Positions 9,507 through 18,645 of a DNA stretch of 64,000 nt are shown here, one piece after another. The DNA is taken from positions 95,660-159,659 of the IMG/VR virus record IMGVR_UViG_3300030451_004287; one strand, 5' to 3'. Position 1 is the first letter of the stretch, and every line of letters starts with the position of its first letter. A program made the translations under genes and the position numbers. This DNA is from a virus. The notes beneath the pieces are model-generated. The model searched no databases. It was given only the letters and a program-made list of their open reading frames with translations, and was not told the DNA's origin.

Positions 9507-10206
9507 TAAAATTTGTGTTTTTGATTTTGAGACTGACGGTTCTGATCCAACAGAATGCAGTCCTGTTCAATTATCTTCAGTTATAGTAGATCCTATTAAG
9601 TTAGAAATAGTAAAAGATTCAGAATTTAATATTTACTTAAAGCCAGAAAAGCTATGCAAGGCTAAGGCTGTATCTATAAATAATCACCCGTATATGGATT
9701 CTGATATATTAGAATGGCACGGTAAGGTAAAAGGTGTAGATAAAGCCGAAATATTGGAGAGTTGGCTAACCTACCCGGATGCAAAACATTCTTGGAAACA
9801 ATTTATGGAGTATCTAGAGTCTTACCATCTGTTTAGAAGCGGCGGTAAAAAGACAAAGTTTTCTGCGCCTATAGCTTCAGGTTATAATATAATTAGTTTT
9901 GATATGAAGATTGTAGATCGCTTTGCCAAAAAATACGGAGGGTACGATAAAAAAGAAAAAGGTAATTCTATATTTCATCCTAGAGACAAAATTGATATCA
10001 TGAGTCTTGTATATATTTGGTTTAGATATATACCAGAAATTAAATCAATATCATTGGATAATATTAGAAACTATTTAGGTATTGACGCAACTAATGCTCA
10101 CGATGCCGTTAAAGATGTAACTGACTGTGCAGAAATACTTATCAGATTTTTGAAACTTCATAAAAATTTTGTTAGTAAGATAAAGTTTAAAGACTCATTT
10201 AAATGA
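9496..10206 (+). CDS. dnaQ: DEDDh 3'-5' exonuclease (DnaQ/epsilon-like)
   Basis: VFDFETDG (ExoI), GYNIISFD (ExoII), AHDAVKDV (ExoIII). Confidence 0.88.
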   Translation: MTNNKICVFDFETDGSDPTECSPVQLSSVIVDPIKLEIVKDSEFNIYLKPEKLCKAKAVSINNHPYMDSDILEWHGKVKGVDKAEILESWLTYPDAKHSWKQFMEYLESYHLFRSGGKKTKFSAPIASGYNIISFDMKIVDRFAKKYGGYDKKEKGNSIFHPRDKIDIMSLVYIWFRYIPEIKSISLDNIRNYLGIDATNAHDAVKDVTDCAEILIRFLKLHKNFVSKIKFKDSFK

Positions 10207-11795
10207 AAAAAATAAAATTTAAATCTTGTGGTTGTGTTTTCCCATCTCACAACAATCATATAGAATATAACATTGACATATCAAATCTAGATTTAGAATG
10301 TAAATCTACATGGGATATCATAGGTAGTGGTAATACTAAAGGATGTTTCCAGCTAGAGTCTAGATTAGGGCAAATGATGTCCAAAAAACTCAAGCCAGAA
10401 AACATAGAACAGTTAGCAGCTTTAATTAGTATTATGCGTCCCGGCTGTTTGGAGGCGTACAGAGATGGTAAAAGCGTTAGTGATCACTACATAGACAAAA
10501 AAAATGGTATTGAATCTATAGATTATTTTCACCCATCTCTAGAACCTGTATTAAAAACAACCTATGGAGAAATGATTTATCAAGAACAGGCGATGGAAAT
10601 AGCAAAAGTTATTGCTGGTTTTGGATTAGAAGAAGCGGATGTTCTTAGAAAAGCTATTGGTAAGAAAAAAGTAGATCTTATGAATAGCGTTAAAAAATCT
10701 TTTATACTAGGAGCACAAAAAACTAATGTAGTTTCTAAAGAAATCGCTGAAGAAATATTTGGATGGATCGAAAAAAGTCAAAGATATAGTTTTAATAAAT
10801 CTCATGCTATTAGTTATGCCTTGAATGCATACTTATCAGCATACTCTAAAGCACATTTTCCTGCTCATTTTTTTGCGTCTTATTTAAAGTTTGCGCAAGA
10901 CAAGATTGATCCAATGAAAGAGATTTATGAACTTATAAATAATTGCAGAGAAATGGATATTGATGTATACAAACCAGATTTTAGAAAGCTCTCAAGATCT
11001 TTTACTATAGATGATGATAAGAATATATATTTCGGTTTAACAAATATTAAAGGTGTTGGAGAATCAGTATGTAACAAAATAGAAATTTTAGTGAAAGATA
11101 TGGACTTGGAAAATATGTCATATCTAGAAACACTATTTAAAATTTTAGATAAAATCAATCAAACCGCTAGTAAAGCTATGATTAGTGTGGGTTGTTTTGA
11201 TTATTTAAATGTTGGTAGAAGAGAGATGTTATTTCATTTTAGTCTTATAAATGATCTGACAAAAAAAGAAAAAGATACTATATCAGCAAATCTTGAGTCA
11301 TTAGCTTCTTTAGAAGATTGTTTACATTTCCTTGACGATAAAGTAAACATAAGAAGAAAACAAAAAGTATTAGCTGTATTACATACTCTTAAAAATCCTC
11401 CATATAAACTTGAAGACAGTTGTCTGTGGATAGCAGATCAAGAAAATCAACTACTGGGCATAAGTATTACATGCTCAAAAATAGATGAATACAGTTTAGA
11501 AAATGTTAACTCAACATGTAGAGATTTAAATAATGATAAATGTATTTATAAGAATATTATTCTAGGAATAGAAATTAAAGAAGTTAATGTAATTAAAACA
11601 AAACGCGGAGCAAATCCGGGTCAAGAAATGTGTTTTGCTAAAGTGTCAGATAATACTGGAGGCGTAGATATTGTTGTATTTCCAGAACAATACGCTAAAT
11701 ATAAAGACGTACTACAAACTGACACAACAGCTATCCTAAGCCTAGAAAAATCTAAAAATGACAGTCTTATAGTTAAAAAAATTTGGCAGTTATAA
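10203..11795 (+). CDS. dnaE: DNA polymerase III alpha, C-terminal part (fingers, HhH, OB)
   Basis: GCFQLES, RPG, TYGEMIYQEQ, ADVLRKAIGKK, YSFNKSHA.SY, FGLTNIKGVG, OB-fold MCFAKVSDNTG..DIVVFP. Confidence 0.95.
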   Translation: MKKIKFKSCGCVFPSHNNHIEYNIDISNLDLECKSTWDIIGSGNTKGCFQLESRLGQMMSKKLKPENIEQLAALISIMRPGCLEAYRDGKSVSDHYIDKKNGIESIDYFHPSLEPVLKTTYGEMIYQEQAMEIAKVIAGFGLEEADVLRKAIGKKKVDLMNSVKKSFILGAQKTNVVSKEIAEEIFGWIEKSQRYSFNKSHAISYALNAYLSAYSKAHFPAHFFASYLKFAQDKIDPMKEIYELINNCREMDIDVYKPDFRKLSRSFTIDDDKNIYFGLTNIKGVGESVCNKIEILVKDMDLENMSYLETLFKILDKINQTASKAMISVGCFDYLNVGRREMLFHFSLINDLTKKEKDTISANLESLASLEDCLHFLDDKVNIRRKQKVLAVLHTLKNPPYKLEDSCLWIADQENQLLGISITCSKIDEYSLENVNSTCRDLNNDKCIYKNIILGIEIKEVNVIKTKRGANPGQEMCFAKVSDNTGGVDIVVFPEQYAKYKDVLQTDTTAILSLEKSKNDSLIVKKIWQL

Positions 11796-11796
11796 C

Positions 11797-11824
11797 TTGA
11801 CATATTGATAGCTAATTGTACTAT
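11797..11824 (+). promoter_or_regulatory. sigma70-like promoter for ssb and downstream genes
   Basis: Intergenic TTGACA-16 nt-TACTAT, followed by an AAGGAG RBS before ssb. Confidence 0.55.
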
Positions 11825-11870
11825 AGAAGGTATTGAAAACTATTCGTTTTGAACTTTAAAAGGAGATGAT

Positions 11871-12245
11871 ATGAATCTTATTGTATTAAAGGGTAATCTT
11901 GCTCGTGATCCAGACCTGCGATCAATCACCACAGGTAACAGGGATACTTCTGTTGTAAATTTTACGGTAGCTGTTTCTAGGGAATATAGGAAATCAGACG
12001 GTACTACTGATAAGAATACAACATTTGTAAATTGCGAAGCATGGGACAGTGGAGCAGAGGCTATTGCATCTACTTTTAAAAAGGGCGATCTAGTTATGCT
12101 AGAAGGTTCTTTGCGTAATGATAACTGGGAAAAAGATGGTGTTAAGCATTCATCTATGAAAGTTCGTGTCAGCAATTTTGGTAAAATTCAAAAAACTAAA
12201 AAGTCTTCCGCAAAGACAGAAGATGAAGCTGTAACAGCATTCTAG
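11871..12245 (+). CDS. ssb: Single-stranded DNA-binding protein
   Basis: MNLIVLKGNLARDPDLR, FTVAVSR, FVNCEAW, KKGDLVMLEGSLRNDNWEKDG; strong RBS. Confidence 0.95.
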   Translation: MNLIVLKGNLARDPDLRSITTGNRDTSVVNFTVAVSREYRKSDGTTDKNTTFVNCEAWDSGAEAIASTFKKGDLVMLEGSLRNDNWEKDGVKHSSMKVRVSNFGKIQKTKKSSAKTEDEAVTAF

Positions 12246-12253
12246 GATTTTAT

Positions 12254-13879
12254 ATGAAAAAAAGAATTATGATGCTAACCGAATCTGGGCATATTATGTC
12301 TGGATTCGGTAATTATACTAGAAATGTTCTTTCTAGATTACACAATACAGGGAAGTATGAAATAGCAGAACTGTCTTGTTATAGAGATAAAAACGTCCCT
12401 AAAACAGAGGCATGGAAGGTATACCCTAATGTTCCAACAGGTGAAGAATCTGAAAAAAAATATAGAGGTATTACATCATCAGTTTTTGGTGCTTGGGGTT
12501 TTGAAACCGCCTGTTTAGATTTTAAACCAGATATTGTATTTGATATTAGAGATTACTGGATGCTAAACTTTCCAGAGTATTCTCCGTTTAGGCCATTTTT
12601 CCATTGGGTATTAGCACCAACCATCGACTCTGCACCACAAAGAAAAGAATGGTTACAAACATATTCTAACGCTGATTTAGTTTCTGGTCATACTCAATGG
12701 GGTATTGATTACCTAAAACAATTTTCAAATATAAATACAACATTTCCAGTTAATGATTCTGTAGATGTAAATAATTTTAAGCCTGTGTCTATAGATAAAA
12801 AAGCTCACAAAGCTAATCATTTTTTAGATCCTAATGATTTTATTGTTGGTAGTGTTATGCGTAATCAAAAACGCAAATTAATTCCTAATCTTATTAAAGT
12901 TATTAAACAACTCAATAAGAAATATCCAAGAATTAAATTACATTTACACACTAGTTATCCAGACAACGCTGGATGGCCAATACCTGAACTAATGTTAGAG
13001 CATGATGCTGCCGATATAGTTTACTTTACTTACAAGTGTGCTCACTGTGGAAAATATTCTGTAATGAGTTTCAAGGAAGGACTTGCTATATGTCCACATT
13101 GTAAAAATCAATCAGCTAATATATGTAATGTATCTCAAGGTTTAAATGATAGTGAATTATGTTCAGTATATAATTTATTTGATACATATGTTCAGTATGC
13201 TATATGTGAAGGTTTTGGTATACCTCCTGTAGAAGCAGCAGCGTGTGGCTTGTCTTTGATTACTGTAGATCATGGTGCTATGCGAGAAATTGGAGATAAT
13301 CTTAACGGAAGAATTGTTAAGTTAGCATCAACATTTAGAGAATTAGAAACTAACGCTGAAAGAGTCAGTCCAGACGATGAAGATTTATATAATCAAATAG
13401 AACAGGAATATTTAAAACAAGAACAACAAAGTTGGCTACAGTCTTTAAAGTCTATAGAAGAAAACAGAAACACTCTGTTAGAAAACTACAGCTGGGATAA
13501 AACCGCTAAAGATTATGAAAAAATGTTTGATAACATTGAATTAACTGGATTGCAAGGCAAATGGGATTCTCCACCTCAACCAATTAGTGAGGATACCAAC
13601 GTAGACACACAAAATGTTCGAAGTAATAGGGAACTAATTGATAAAGTAGTTTGCGAAATTATTAAATCTCCATATTTATTACGAACTGCTATGGTACAAA
13701 CGGCAATTAGAAATTTAGATGCAGGATTTGTAAACGATGGCGGAACCATTAAACCTTATACCATGAAAGAAGCTAGTGGGTTTTTGGATCAATTATATAA
13801 CTCTAAAAAAACATGGGATGCTATTCGTACAGGCTCTATGGAATTACCTGATCAGTTTAAAGAAATTATAGAATACTAA
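12254..13879 (+). CDS. GT-B (GT4-like) glycosyltransferase with a Zn-ribbon insertion
   Basis: SGFG N-loop, VMRNQKRK, EGFGIPPVEAAACG, YSWDKTA; CAHC...CPHC insert. Confidence 0.88.
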   Translation: MKKRIMMLTESGHIMSGFGNYTRNVLSRLHNTGKYEIAELSCYRDKNVPKTEAWKVYPNVPTGEESEKKYRGITSSVFGAWGFETACLDFKPDIVFDIRDYWMLNFPEYSPFRPFFHWVLAPTIDSAPQRKEWLQTYSNADLVSGHTQWGIDYLKQFSNINTTFPVNDSVDVNNFKPVSIDKKAHKANHFLDPNDFIVGSVMRNQKRKLIPNLIKVIKQLNKKYPRIKLHLHTSYPDNAGWPIPELMLEHDAADIVYFTYKCAHCGKYSVMSFKEGLAICPHCKNQSANICNVSQGLNDSELCSVYNLFDTYVQYAICEGFGIPPVEAAACGLSLITVDHGAMREIGDNLNGRIVKLASTFRELETNAERVSPDDEDLYNQIEQEYLKQEQQSWLQSLKSIEENRNTLLENYSWDKTAKDYEKMFDNIELTGLQGKWDSPPQPISEDTNVDTQNVRSNRELIDKVVCEIIKSPYLLRTAMVQTAIRNLDAGFVNDGGTIKPYTMKEASGFLDQLYNSKKTWDAIRTGSMELPDQFKEIIEY

Positions 13880-13884
13880 ACTAA

Positions 13885-14943
13885 ATGAATGCTCTTTATT
13901 TGGGTCATTATAGGGAAGACACGGATGCAGGTAGTTCTTCTCGTAGATTTATACATGGTTTACTAAAAAAGGGCATCAATGTTGCTGTAAGACCATTGTA
14001 TCATTTTCGCAACAAAACGTTTAGACTAACAGATCAAGAAATTCTTAAAGTAGAAAATGCTGAATATAGCAATTATGATTGTGTGTTTCAGCACACGGTT
14101 CCTATAAACTTCTGTTATAATAAAAATTTGGGACAAAATATAGGAGTATTAGATCTACAAACTTTTAATACTCAATATGGATCTACGATAGATCACATAA
14201 GCTTAATGGATAAGATTTACATTAGATCTTCTTATGGTATTAAAGATTTAAAAAAACATATAAAAAATACATCTATAGATATAGTACCAGAGCCTTTTGA
14301 TAAAATAGATAATACTTATGTTAAAAATGATGATGAGTATAGATTTTACGCTAGAGGTAGCACAGATAATCGCTATAACTTATTTAAGATTGTAGTAGCG
14401 TTTTTGTCTGAGTTTGCTAACGAAAATATACCTCAATTAATTTTATACATGAATGAGGACGAATCTAAAATAACTAGCATGTTAAATAAAGCATATAAAA
14501 AATTAAATGTAAAAGCTAACACTTCTGAAAAAATTGTTGTTGTAAATAACAAATATAATGAAGAAGAAGAAAACAACATTATTAAAAATATACATTGCGC
14601 AATTAATATAGATAAAGCAGATAGTTCAGCTGTGTTTACTATTAGAAATTTACTTTATAAAAATATTGTTATTACACAAAAAAACTCTGCCTCTTGTTAC
14701 TATGTCAATGATAATAATGGTATACTTGCAGAAAGTTATCCAACTAATATAGATGATATGGAAAATTGTTATGATAATAGTATACAGTCTATATATGAAA
14801 AATGGTACGACACAGATATCAATTCTCTAAAAGCATGTATGAGAAACGCTTATTGTTTATCTGAAAATGAAACACAAAGTAAAAAAATTAATATTGATAC
14901 AAGTCTATTTTCCTATAACAAATTTTGTGAAACTATATTATGA
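13885..14943 (+). CDS. Divergent GT4-like protein, probably catalytically eroded
   Basis: GT-B-like N-terminus and layout, but the E-x7-E loop position reads KADSSAVFTIRN. Confidence 0.6.
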   Translation: MNALYLGHYREDTDAGSSSRRFIHGLLKKGINVAVRPLYHFRNKTFRLTDQEILKVENAEYSNYDCVFQHTVPINFCYNKNLGQNIGVLDLQTFNTQYGSTIDHISLMDKIYIRSSYGIKDLKKHIKNTSIDIVPEPFDKIDNTYVKNDDEYRFYARGSTDNRYNLFKIVVAFLSEFANENIPQLILYMNEDESKITSMLNKAYKKLNVKANTSEKIVVVNNKYNEEEENNIIKNIHCAINIDKADSSAVFTIRNLLYKNIVITQKNSASCYYVNDNNGILAESYPTNIDDMENCYDNSIQSIYEKWYDTDINSLKACMRNAYCLSENETQSKKINIDTSLFSYNKFCETIL

Positions 14944-15386
14944 TTGATAGCCTAATAAAAAAAGAACTAAATGAAATTAATATTGTATGGATACCATCAA
15001 ACAATAAAAATTTTGAAAATCTGTTTGATAGTTTAGGTTTTAATTATTTCCATTTGACAGATTTCTTTTTAGGTCTATGCTCTCCAAATTTAGTTATCAC
15101 TAATAATAGATTTAGTAAATTTGATACAGCTATTAATTTATGCTTAACTCATCATTGTAATTTAATTATAATTGACCACGACGAAAAACCAGATATAATA
15201 TCTACTGACAAAATCATATCCAAAATGAAGTTAGTTCCTAACGTACTTCAAATAGCTGCGACTCCAAATGTATATCACTCTTGGGGTAACATACACGATA
15301 TTGTGCTAGATACAGGTATTATACAAGAAGATTTTAGTAAAATATTAACATCGTTTTATAAGAAAATATTTAAAGTACATGAATAA
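14940..15386 (+). CDS. Hypothetical protein, possible GT N-terminal-domain remnant
   Basis: Alpha/beta pattern (PNLVITNNR...IIIDH); coupled at both ends. Confidence 0.45.
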   Translation: MIDSLIKKELNEINIVWIPSNNKNFENLFDSLGFNYFHLTDFFLGLCSPNLVITNNRFSKFDTAINLCLTHHCNLIIIDHDEKPDIISTDKIISKMKLVPNVLQIAATPNVYHSWGNIHDIVLDTGIIQEDFSKILTSFYKKIFKVHE

Positions 15387-15795
15387 AATACATTTACATA
15401 ATACAGAAAATCCTATTGATATACCTAAATATCACTCTTTGAACTTTGATCAAATGATTAAATTAGAAGATAATTCTGTTGAGTCTGTGTTTATGTTAGA
15501 TATTCTAGATTATCATAATAAAACGCAAGCGTCTACAATACTAGAAACTATACACAATAAATTAATTAAAGATGGGGAACTGATCGTTCAATCGCCTGAT
15601 TTAAAACAATTAATTATTTGTATGAATTTTAATAAAATTGATTTTAATCAAGGTAAAGCTGTACTATATGATCAACGGGTTACTATGCACCAAATGGAAG
15701 ACTTAATAAATAAAGTATGTGAACATAATTTTAAATGTAAAGTAAAAAAATATATTAACACATTTGAGTGTTTTTTAGAATTTAATAAAATATGA
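15379..15795 (+). CDS. Class I SAM methyltransferase-like protein lacking motif I
   Basis: DNSVESVFMLDILDY...LIKDGELIVQSPD; no Gly-rich motif I. Confidence 0.6.
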   Translation: MNKIHLHNTENPIDIPKYHSLNFDQMIKLEDNSVESVFMLDILDYHNKTQASTILETIHNKLIKDGELIVQSPDLKQLIICMNFNKIDFNQGKAVLYDQRVTMHQMEDLINKVCEHNFKCKVKKYINTFECFLEFNKI

Positions 15796-16478
15796 AAAAC
15801 TTATCAGTACTTATACTATGCACTAATACAGCTAAAGGAACTAAATCCTTGGGTAGTATAGGCTTGTTAAAACTAAACAATAAAAAGAATATAATAGATT
15901 ATCACATTAATAACATTAAACTTTGCTGGCCTGACTGTAATATTTCTATTATTGCTAGACATGATGACATTAAATTAAACAAATATATTACCAACGAAAA
16001 ACCAGATATTAATTATATCGATTATGAATTAGATAAAATGTCAAACGAGTGCGAGAGTTTACTAAGAGGAATTAACTCCGATAATGTTAATGATAATTTT
16101 TTAATCATTGATATTAATTGTCTTTTAGATAAAAACATATTTAAAAAGTTTTCAACATATGACATGTCTAAATCATTTATTATTCACAATAGGGATATTT
16201 CGTATGAGTCAAAATTAGGATGTATCCATGATTACAAATCTGATAAGATACAGAATATCTTTTTCGATTTACCTGTAAAAATTTTAAAATACTATTATAT
16301 ATGTAATGATCAATTACTAGAAATTTTAAAATCTAAGCCTACTAGATCTAAATTTTTGTTCGAAATTTTGAATCACACAAATAATGATATAAATATGTAT
16401 AATATAAAAACAAAAAAATGTATTAATATAAATTCTATTAAAGATTATAAAATAGCTAAGGAGACTAATTTTGTATAA
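15792..16478 (+). CDS. Sugar nucleotidyltransferase (GT-A, LicC/MobA-like) fold, degenerate
   Basis: SVLIL...TKSLG..GLLKL..K.IIDYHI, NECESLLRG, FLIID, ININS.KD; the LAAGxGxR/PK signature is altered. Confidence 0.65.
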   Translation: MKNLSVLILCTNTAKGTKSLGSIGLLKLNNKKNIIDYHINNIKLCWPDCNISIIARHDDIKLNKYITNEKPDINYIDYELDKMSNECESLLRGINSDNVNDNFLIIDINCLLDKNIFKKFSTYDMSKSFIIHNRDISYESKLGCIHDYKSDKIQNIFFDLPVKILKYYYICNDQLLEILKSKPTRSKFLFEILNHTNNDINMYNIKTKKCININSIKDYKIAKETNFV

Positions 16479-16848
16479 TATAAGTGTATTTTTACAAAGA
16501 ATAGCTGCAGAAAGCCATGTATTAAAAATAATGTCATTAACTAATCCTAAAAAGATCTACATAAAAGAGATGTTTTGTGATACAAACCAGATGGCTAATT
16601 ATCATAATCCATTTTTCCATTCTTGGATGTTGATGGCAGAAAATAAATTGTTACTATCTGATGCAAGTTGCTACAATATAGCAGCAATTTTTGATACTAA
16701 TAAATTTATTGCTATAGATGATCCTAAATTTAAACAAGATATGGATAATGTAGAGTTTGTAGATATCAATATATTTAATCAAGGTAACACCGAAGAAAAA
16801 CTGTTAGAAATCTTAGGACAAGATAAATATGCAAAATATAAAGTATGA
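16471..16848 (+). CDS. Hypothetical protein (TTG start)
   Basis: Fills the gap and overlaps both neighbours; preceded by AAGGAG. Confidence 0.6.
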   Translation: MYNISVFLQRIAAESHVLKIMSLTNPKKIYIKEMFCDTNQMANYHNPFFHSWMLMAENKLLLSDASCYNIAAIFDTNKFIAIDDPKFKQDMDNVEFVDINIFNQGNTEEKLLEILGQDKYAKYKV

Positions 16849-17629
16849 TCAACTTTCTGATACTGAAAAATGTAATATTATTAAAAAACTTTATACAAAA
16901 GAAAAACTAAGCTTTGCTGGTATAGCAAAACAGCTTGGTACATATTCTAATAAAGTTAGAAGAGATGCTAATAAGTTTAATATTAAAATTAGAGATAGAA
17001 GCCAAGCGCAAAAAAATGCTTTACAAACGGGAGCAGTTAAACATCCAACACAAGGTAAAAATAGAAGCGAAGAAGAAAAACAAAAAATCAGCATGTCTCA
17101 ACATGAAAGCTGGAAAAATCAAGACGAGAATACTAAAAAACAAAGATCAAAAAAAGCAAAGTTAAGATGGCAGTCTATGTCAGAATCACAAAAAGAAAAT
17201 TTAAGAGTTGCTGCTCATCAAGCTATTAGAGAAACTAGCAAAACAGGGTCTAAGCTAGAAAAATTTTTACTAACTAAACTCATAGAAAAAGGCTACAAAC
17301 CTGAGTTTCACAAAGAACAAATTTTATCGAATACAAAATTACATATTGACCTCTTTATTGCAAAACTTAATACAGCTATAGAGATCGACGGTCCATCTCA
17401 TTACATTTCTGTTTGGGGAGAAGAGTCTTTAGCCAGAAACCAAAAATATGACCAAAAAAAGAATGGTTTAATTATTGGCAAAGGAATGAGACTAATTAGA
17501 ATCAAACAGTTAAATGACTATTCAAAAGCTAGGGCAGAAATAGTATTTTCTAAACTAGATAATTTATTACAACAAATTAAAACAAATTCGTTAGATTCAT
17601 CTCAAAAAATTTTATATATAGAGGATTAA
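16829..17629 (+). CDS. Homing-endonuclease-like protein: HTH + NUMOD3-like repeats + Vsr/DUF559 nuclease
   Basis: LSFAGIAKQLG HTH, GKNRSEEEKQKIS, SKLE...IDLF...AIEIDGPSHY. Confidence 0.75.
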   Translation: MQNIKYDQLSDTEKCNIIKKLYTKEKLSFAGIAKQLGTYSNKVRRDANKFNIKIRDRSQAQKNALQTGAVKHPTQGKNRSEEEKQKISMSQHESWKNQDENTKKQRSKKAKLRWQSMSESQKENLRVAAHQAIRETSKTGSKLEKFLLTKLIEKGYKPEFHKEQILSNTKLHIDLFIAKLNTAIEIDGPSHYISVWGEESLARNQKYDQKKNGLIIGKGMRLIRIKQLNDYSKARAEIVFSKLDNLLQQIKTNSLDSSQKILYIED

Positions 17630-17632
17630 ATA

Positions 17633-18325
17633 ATGGCTAAGGCAAAAACTAAGACAGAAGAAAAAATCAACCCAAATGATATTAATTGGACAGATAATGT
17701 ATTGAAACTGTTGTCTGATGACGAAAAGATCAAAGGTAATCCAACTACAGATGGGTTAAGAAGGATTTTTGAAATTGCTTTAGACTGTGTTGTTATTGAC
17801 TCGTCCTCTTCTGTATTACAAAGTCCTAGCCCAGAAAATGAAAAGAGGGCTACTGTGGTCCATTCTCTGACGTATGTTTTAAATAATCCTGATCTAGCAC
17901 CAGAATTTAAAACCAGAACTGTAAATGGAGCAGCGGATGTATATTGGGGTAATTGTGATAAGATTTTTAGAAATCATCCAGTAGCAGTTGCAGAAACAAG
18001 AGCAGAAGGAAGGGCTTTACGAAGAGGATTAAAATTACGCAAAGTTGTAGCAGCAGAAGAAATTGCTGATACTATTGAAGATAATCCTGATATGGACTCT
18101 GTAACCAAGATTACAAATAATCAAATTGGTTTTATGGATGTATTGTGTAAACGTCTAAATGTTAATCCTATTAGTTTGATGGAATATTTAAAGTTTGAAG
18201 TTAATGATTTTAGAAACTTGACACATAATGATGCTGTGTCTATTATAAGACAACTATCTGGATATCAACAAAATGTAGATAGTATTCCACAAGACGTTAT
18301 GGGTTACACAGAGGAGTGGCGATGA
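17633..18325 (+). CDS. Rad52/Sak-like single-strand annealing protein (putative)
   Basis: GAAD...HPVAVAETRAEGRALRRGL motif; C-terminal IT..QI.F...L...LT..DA..II helical domain. Confidence 0.6.
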   Translation: MAKAKTKTEEKINPNDINWTDNVLKLLSDDEKIKGNPTTDGLRRIFEIALDCVVIDSSSSVLQSPSPENEKRATVVHSLTYVLNNPDLAPEFKTRTVNGAADVYWGNCDKIFRNHPVAVAETRAEGRALRRGLKLRKVVAAEEIADTIEDNPDMDSVTKITNNQIGFMDVLCKRLNVNPISLMEYLKFEVNDFRNLTHNDAVSIIRQLSGYQQNVDSIPQDVMGYTEEWR

Positions 18326-18645
18326 TTGAAGGCGAAATTAAAGTTAATGATAAATTAACTCTTAAAATTAGTGCAGAAGGACAGAAAGAATTATTTAAAG
18401 ATCTGTCTACTGTACAAGAAATTTTTGGAGAAAACAGCTGTGGTATGTGTGGTAGCACTGATATTAAATATGTTGTTCGCACTGTTGACGGTAATGATTA
18501 TTTTGAGTTAAGATGCAATAAATGTGGGGCTATACTTTCTTTTGGTCAACATAAAAAAGGTGGAACAATCTTTCCTAAACGAAAAGACTCTAATGGTAAA
18601 TGGTTAGAGAATCGTGGTTGGCACAAGTATGTTCCTAAAAAATAA
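18322..18645 (+). CDS. Zn-finger protein
   Basis: CGMC...CNKC; GAGGAG RBS; ATGA overlap with the annealase stop. Confidence 0.75.
   Translation: MIEGEIKVNDKLTLKISAEGQKELFKDLSTVQEIFGENSCGMCGSTDIKYVVRTVDGNDYFELRCNKCGAILSFGQHKKGGTIFPKRKDSNGKWLENRGWHKYVPKK

Noticed and set aside
9250-10300. Split intein or self-splicing intron joining the dnaE halves
   Set aside because: No intein terminal residues or blocks are present, and the gap is fully occupied by two tightly packed ORFs, leaving no room for a ribozyme core.
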